Assembly: GCA_021432655.1 (NCBI GenBank)
Contig: MU271613.1
Coordinates: forward strand, 1-39,303
DNA length: 39,303 nucleotides
Source: Atractiella rhizophila
Lineage: Eukaryota
Direction of reading: 5' to 3'
Below are positions 34,563 to 39,303 of the stretch, piece by piece. The first letter of the stretch is position 1. The number at the start of each line of letters is the position of its first letter. Below the pieces are notes generated by a model. That model saw only the letters and a list, made by a program, of their open reading frames with translations. It was not told the DNA's origin and ran no database searches. Both the position numbers and the translations under genes were made by a program.

Positions 34563-36819
34563 ATGGGAATCAAAGGCCTCACGAATTTGATCGCGGATGT
34601 GGCTCCAAAAGCCATGAAAGAGGCGGAAATCAAGACGTTGTTTGGAAGGAAAGTTGCCATTGACGCCAGCATGTCTATTTATCAGTTCCTCATTGCTGTA
34701 AGGCAACAAGATGGTCAACAACTCATGAATGATGCGGGAGAGACCACGAGGTGCGTGCCTCCACGCGTTCTTATGGCATTCTTGGGGTAGAGGATTGATT
34801 CAGGAACGACGTGTAGTCATCTAATGGGGCTGTTCTATCGAACTATAAGGATGGTAGAGAACGGCATCAAGCCTGTCTACGTGTTTGATGGGAAGCCGCC
34901 TCAGCTCAAGAGTGGAGTGGTGCGTTCCAATTTCGAGTTGTGTTCATGAAAAGGTTAAGATTAAGAGCTATGTCGTGGTACGTAGTTGAGCAAGCGGTTT
35001 GAGAAGCGGGAGGAGGCAAAGGAAGAGGGAGAAGATGCTAAGGAAATTGGTCAGTCTGTTTCCTCCGATTTAGATAGTCGAAGCTCTTGGGAGTTGATGG
35101 CGAGAAGGGCTGCACGACGCACAACTGAATTCACGGCTCTATGTGCACTAGCATTTTCGCTCGTAGTAGAGCCATTTCCTGTTTAGTGGAAGCCATGTTT
35201 GCTTATTCTGAGTATACGTGCCAATGCAATGGCTGCCCTTTATTTCATGAAAGAAACTGAAAACTTTGTCTATGATATCTTTCTCTCAAGTGGAGGAAGA
35301 ATGGTTGATGTCAATCTCTGTCTTAAAGCCCGTACATTATATCAGAATCTAACTGCCTCTCTCCTTAACCCTCCTACTCCTCCTCCTTCGCCTCCTCATT
35401 CGTCACCACAAATACATTTACGTCGTCCGATACTGGAACGCATACCTCTCCTCCGACCACCAACGGTGCCACAAATACCACAATATACCTCGTTGTCTCC
35501 AACGAACTCTTTCGAATACCACCTGGCTCGTCTACGACAACACCTGCCTCCGGAAATTACAACGGCGAACGCTGTACCCTCGCCATCACCGCCGGATGAC
35601 CCAATGGGTTCAATATCATCTTCTGCATCGGACTGTGTCCAATTTTCGCCCGAATCGATATCCGCCTCTTCGCCTGACATCGCTCTACCGTCGAACCCAC
35701 CTTCGTTACCCCCGCTTGTACCTCTGTCTCCTGCGGATGCATCAATGTTGGACCTGCTGACAGGTACGACTGAGGATATTGATAAGCTATCGAGAAGACA
35801 GGTGAAGGTTACTAGGGAGCACAATGAGGAATGCAGGAAGCTGCTCAAACTTATGGGAATTCCTTATATCGATGTGAGTTAACACTCGTTACGGGAAGGA
35901 AACGAAAATTGAGGCGAATGTGTGAAGGCACCAAGCGAAGCGGAAGCGCAATGTGCTGAACTTTGTCGAGGAGGAATCGTGCGTCTCTCTAATCCTGTTC
36001 AAATAAAAGTGTTGAAGATGCGCATAGGTTTATGGCGCCGGTAGCGAGGACATGGATACTTTAACCTTCAATTCACCTATTCTACTTCGCCATCTCACTT
36101 TCTCTGAGGCTCGCAAGATGCCGATCAGCATTATCAAACTTGAAGATGTATTGAAAGGGATGGACATTAGCATGGACACCGTTTGTTAGCTCACTCCCAA
36201 TCGTTTCAGTGCTAATTCTTTTGGATGCGCCAGTTTATCGATCTCTGCATGCTGTCAGGATGCGACTACCTCGAACCTCTGAAAGGAGTCGGAGCGAAGA
36301 AAGCGTACAAGATGCTTCAGGATCACGGCGATATCGAATCCGTTCTCGAGCATTTGAAGGGTTCGAAGAATCCGCCGCCCGATGAATGGCCCTGGCAAGA
36401 GGCAAAAGAGTTGTTCAAGAAACCAGATGTCATCCCTGCTGACCAGTGCGATGTAAAGTGGGACAAACCTGATATTGAGGGGCTGGTTGATTTCTTGGTG
36501 AAGGATAAGGGCTTCAAGTTTGTGTCTCCTTCGTCCAAAGAATGCTCACAGTGCTGATGCTGAAGGGGACAGCGAGGACCGTGTTAGGAAAGCAGCAGAG
36601 AAAATCAACAAACAGATGAATGCTCCACAACAGGGTCGGCTTGACGGCTTCTTTAAAGTCCAGCCTTCAACATCTTCAGGTAACACAAGTAAAAAGGAGA
36701 AGGAGAAGGAAAAAGGCAAGAAACGCAAAAAAGGAGATGATGAGGAAGAAGGAAAGAGCAAGAAGAAGCCTAAGGTGGACGATAAGAAGGGGAAGAAGAA
36801 AGTGAAAGGAAGTGGATAG
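34563..36819 (+). CDS. FEN1: Flap endonuclease 1 (XPG/RAD2 family), multi-exon, including a 714-nt intron at 35050-35763
   Basis: MGIKGLT...[115 protein letters not shown] box QGRLDGFF; basic tail ending at stop 36819. Confidence 0.97.
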
Positions 36820-37152
36820 ATCTTGTCCTACATTAGTGTTTCGATTTTCGTTTCTTGTGTATGGGTATAGGATCAATTGGTGTTCCGATAAGTTAATTTT
36901 TGTCGCATTGTAATCGCATAACACCCTTGGTCATTCAATTAGCGGCGCAAGTACAAACACATGCCACAATGGAGTTCGACAAAAAAATGATTTGAGACGA
37001 AGAATGGTTAACGATGATGTGTGATTTGGGTATCCTTGGAACATCCTAGTCGTGAAATTGATAGCTCAAAGTATCCTTGTGCAAGAGGTCAAATGTGTAG
37101 AAAGAGGTGAGACGGGAACTTAGGGGTGTGCTAGAAAGAGAAGGGACAAAAC

Positions 37153-39303
37153 TCAGAATCTTTGACGTTTGCTTCTTCTTCCTTCTAGGCTCTCTCCTAT
37201 CCGCTTGGTAAACATGGCCTGCAGGCAGGGCTCGATGATTGGCTAGTGGGTATATCAGAGAGACACCGAGGATTGAGAAACTGGGCAGCTAACCGTTGCC
37301 TTCATGACCAGCGGTGTCGGCGACAAAACACGCGCCGTAACTACCTCCGTTGTAATTGCTTCCGCCTTCAGGCATAAAAGGTCTCGAAATGCAACTTCGA
37401 GGGCGAAAGTGGAACTTTTCGAACCACCGAACTCGAAGCGGTTTCCTTTTTGTGGATCAGCTCGTTTGAATCGCAAAATATATGCGTATGAAGCCTGGCA
37501 AATGTTCAATAGATGCGAATTGGTGATTTTGAAAGGTACCTTGAGCGCTCGAATCGTTTGCTGACCGAATATTGGGGTTAGCAATACAGAAGAGGACACT
37601 GTAGCTGGGTTGCGCGTAAACTTTTCTGAAATTCGTGAGAATTCCTGTTTCAATCGGAGATTGGATTTGTTATAAAGAGAAATTTTCAAAAATTCCTCAA
37701 AGCACGACTAACAAGCTCATGAGTATTCACTAAATTTGAGAAAGCAAGCAAACAATCTTACATCCACCGATGCTCGGATTTTTGCTAGGTCGGACTGTAG
37801 GACGGCATCATTTTTTGCAAATCTCTCCATTGCATACCAGTAGTCTGAAATGTCAAGATCTTCAGTGCTAACGACGGTACCGAGACCTTTCTCCAGAAGC
37901 TGTTCAAACTCGCTCTGAAAATTCGCGCAGCCTTTAAGGATGTCATCCATCACAAAACTAGGCAAGTCATCTCGTCGGGCTGCCAAAATGAAGATAAATA
38001 CATAGGGCAACGAAATGAAATGACTGACCCGGATAATTACTAATCTGGTCGTTCTGCTGGGAAGATTTGGTCTGTGAGCGTCGTTTCTTTGTCGCCAAGT
38101 CTTCAGTGTGGTATTTGGGCATATTGCCTCCACCGGCACCGTGGCGTTGGAGGATTTGTTTGAACTCGGCATACTTCCCGTCCTTCAATACTAATCCCTG
38201 TTTTCTAGCATCTAGCGTCTGCTCGTACAGCTAAAAAAAAAGGGAGTCGGCAAAGCAAACAAGACAGAAAAGAACGCACCCAGCCGGCTTCCATGGCGAG
38301 CGGGTGGTCAATGCCTAATATGTACTGTAGCCTGCAAGACAATCCCTGATTAGCTCCGTATGCATGAACCAGGGAGCGTACTTCGTTTGAGCATTGGAAA
38401 CTGTTCCCTGTCAGTCAAGATCAGACGATTGGCAACAAGAACGTACAGAATCCAAATTGCTTCTCCTGAAAAATGTGTTCGATAAGCTTCTTTGATAGCC
38501 ACTGTGGATCTCGAGCCTTCTCGTCGCTCAAGACTTGCTGAACAGTCTGTTGGTCAAAATCAAAATAATCCTACTAATTGCGTCAGAGCACATTCGGGTG
38601 TGAGGTTTGTTCTTACCTCTGCTTTCCAAGGAGGTGAGGCGGATCTTCTCAGTGCATCTTCTGAGTGTGCCTGGAAAGCATCCACAATTTCTCGATCCCA
38701 AATTACCGTCACCTTATCGCCTTCGACGAGGCATCAACGCAATCGTTAGGGAAAGGAAGATAAGAAGAACCATCGTAGTCTCCGCCTGACAAATAGTCAC
38801 ATTGAGGTCGGCTGCCGCAGTTCGCAACGATCAGGACGTCATGATACCCACAACGCAAGAGGTCCGGATGTTTGACTGCTGTCAGCTTTTGAACTCCCGT
38901 TGGGTGGGTGACAGGGGAGCTTGATGGTAGCTGTTATCTTAGCCCCTAAGGAAGTTTGAGAATCTACTGACCGAAGAACGAGCACAGATCCTTCCAGTGA
39001 CAAAGTTTTCCTTCTTGAGACTGGAAAACTCTTCAGTCAAAAGACTTTGCGGGAAAGGCACTTCACCTGGATCGATGAACGGCTCTGAAAATACTAACTG
39101 GATTTGACCAGGCTCTAACACGCCAATCTGTAACTGTCTCAGTGAATGCAAGAGTTTCCAGAGGCGCTGACAGGATCTATCCGATGCGGCGGGGCATCCA
39201 TCAGCACAGTTACACTAAATTTAAGAGTACTTGCCAACTACAATAAAACCGAACCATGACAGCGGAAACGATATCCGAAAATCAAGAGCGTTTCTGATGA
39301 CCT
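37153..39303 (-). CDS. Hypothetical multi-exon protein; 5' part probably beyond the window
   Basis: Successive - strand coding-like segments (38939-39151, 37717-38188, 37255-37689) with splice-like borders, and terminal exon AMFTKRIGESLEGRRSKRQRF* (stop 37153-37155). No family recognised. Confidence 0.5.

Noticed and set aside
35050..35763. Intein, group I intron or transposon in FEN1
   Set aside because: Bounded by canonical GT...AG with a branch-like CTGAC; no intein terminal His-Asn, no LAGLIDADG/HNH motif, and no terminal repeats or target duplication seen.
17401..36819. Functional chromatin/replication cluster (CENP-B-like, ASF1, FEN1)
   Set aside because: The genes are separated by unrelated loci; co-location is explicable by chance without synteny evidence.

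Overview
Gene-dense eukaryotic DNA with many short (~50-70 nt) GT-AG introns and degenerate donors (GTGCGT/GTTCGT/GTCAGT). This pattern and the gene content point to a basidiomycete fungus (inference). About 16 spliced genes are present: TCD1/TCD2-like ThiF protein (-), AIF/AMID-like FAD oxidoreductase (+), four DUF6534-like multi-TM proteins (three are close paralogs, two of them in a ~2.5-kb tandem duplication), Far11/STRIP (+), a CENP-B-type double-HTH protein lacking a DDE domain (-), a Nab2-type CCCH zinc-finger protein (+), a divergent tail-less ASF1 (+), FEN1 (+) and several hypothetical genes. The most unusual feature is a 714-nt (3n) intron in FEN1. It carries only one in-frame stop, followed by ~192 open codons that run directly into the FEN1 I-domain, which suggests a hidden alternative N-terminus and a nuclease-dead, PCNA-binding FEN1 isoform. 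Bases ~480-1020 look like base-call-garbled TCD exons (probable assembly artefact). All exon boundaries were read by eye and family calls come from motif recognition, not database searches.
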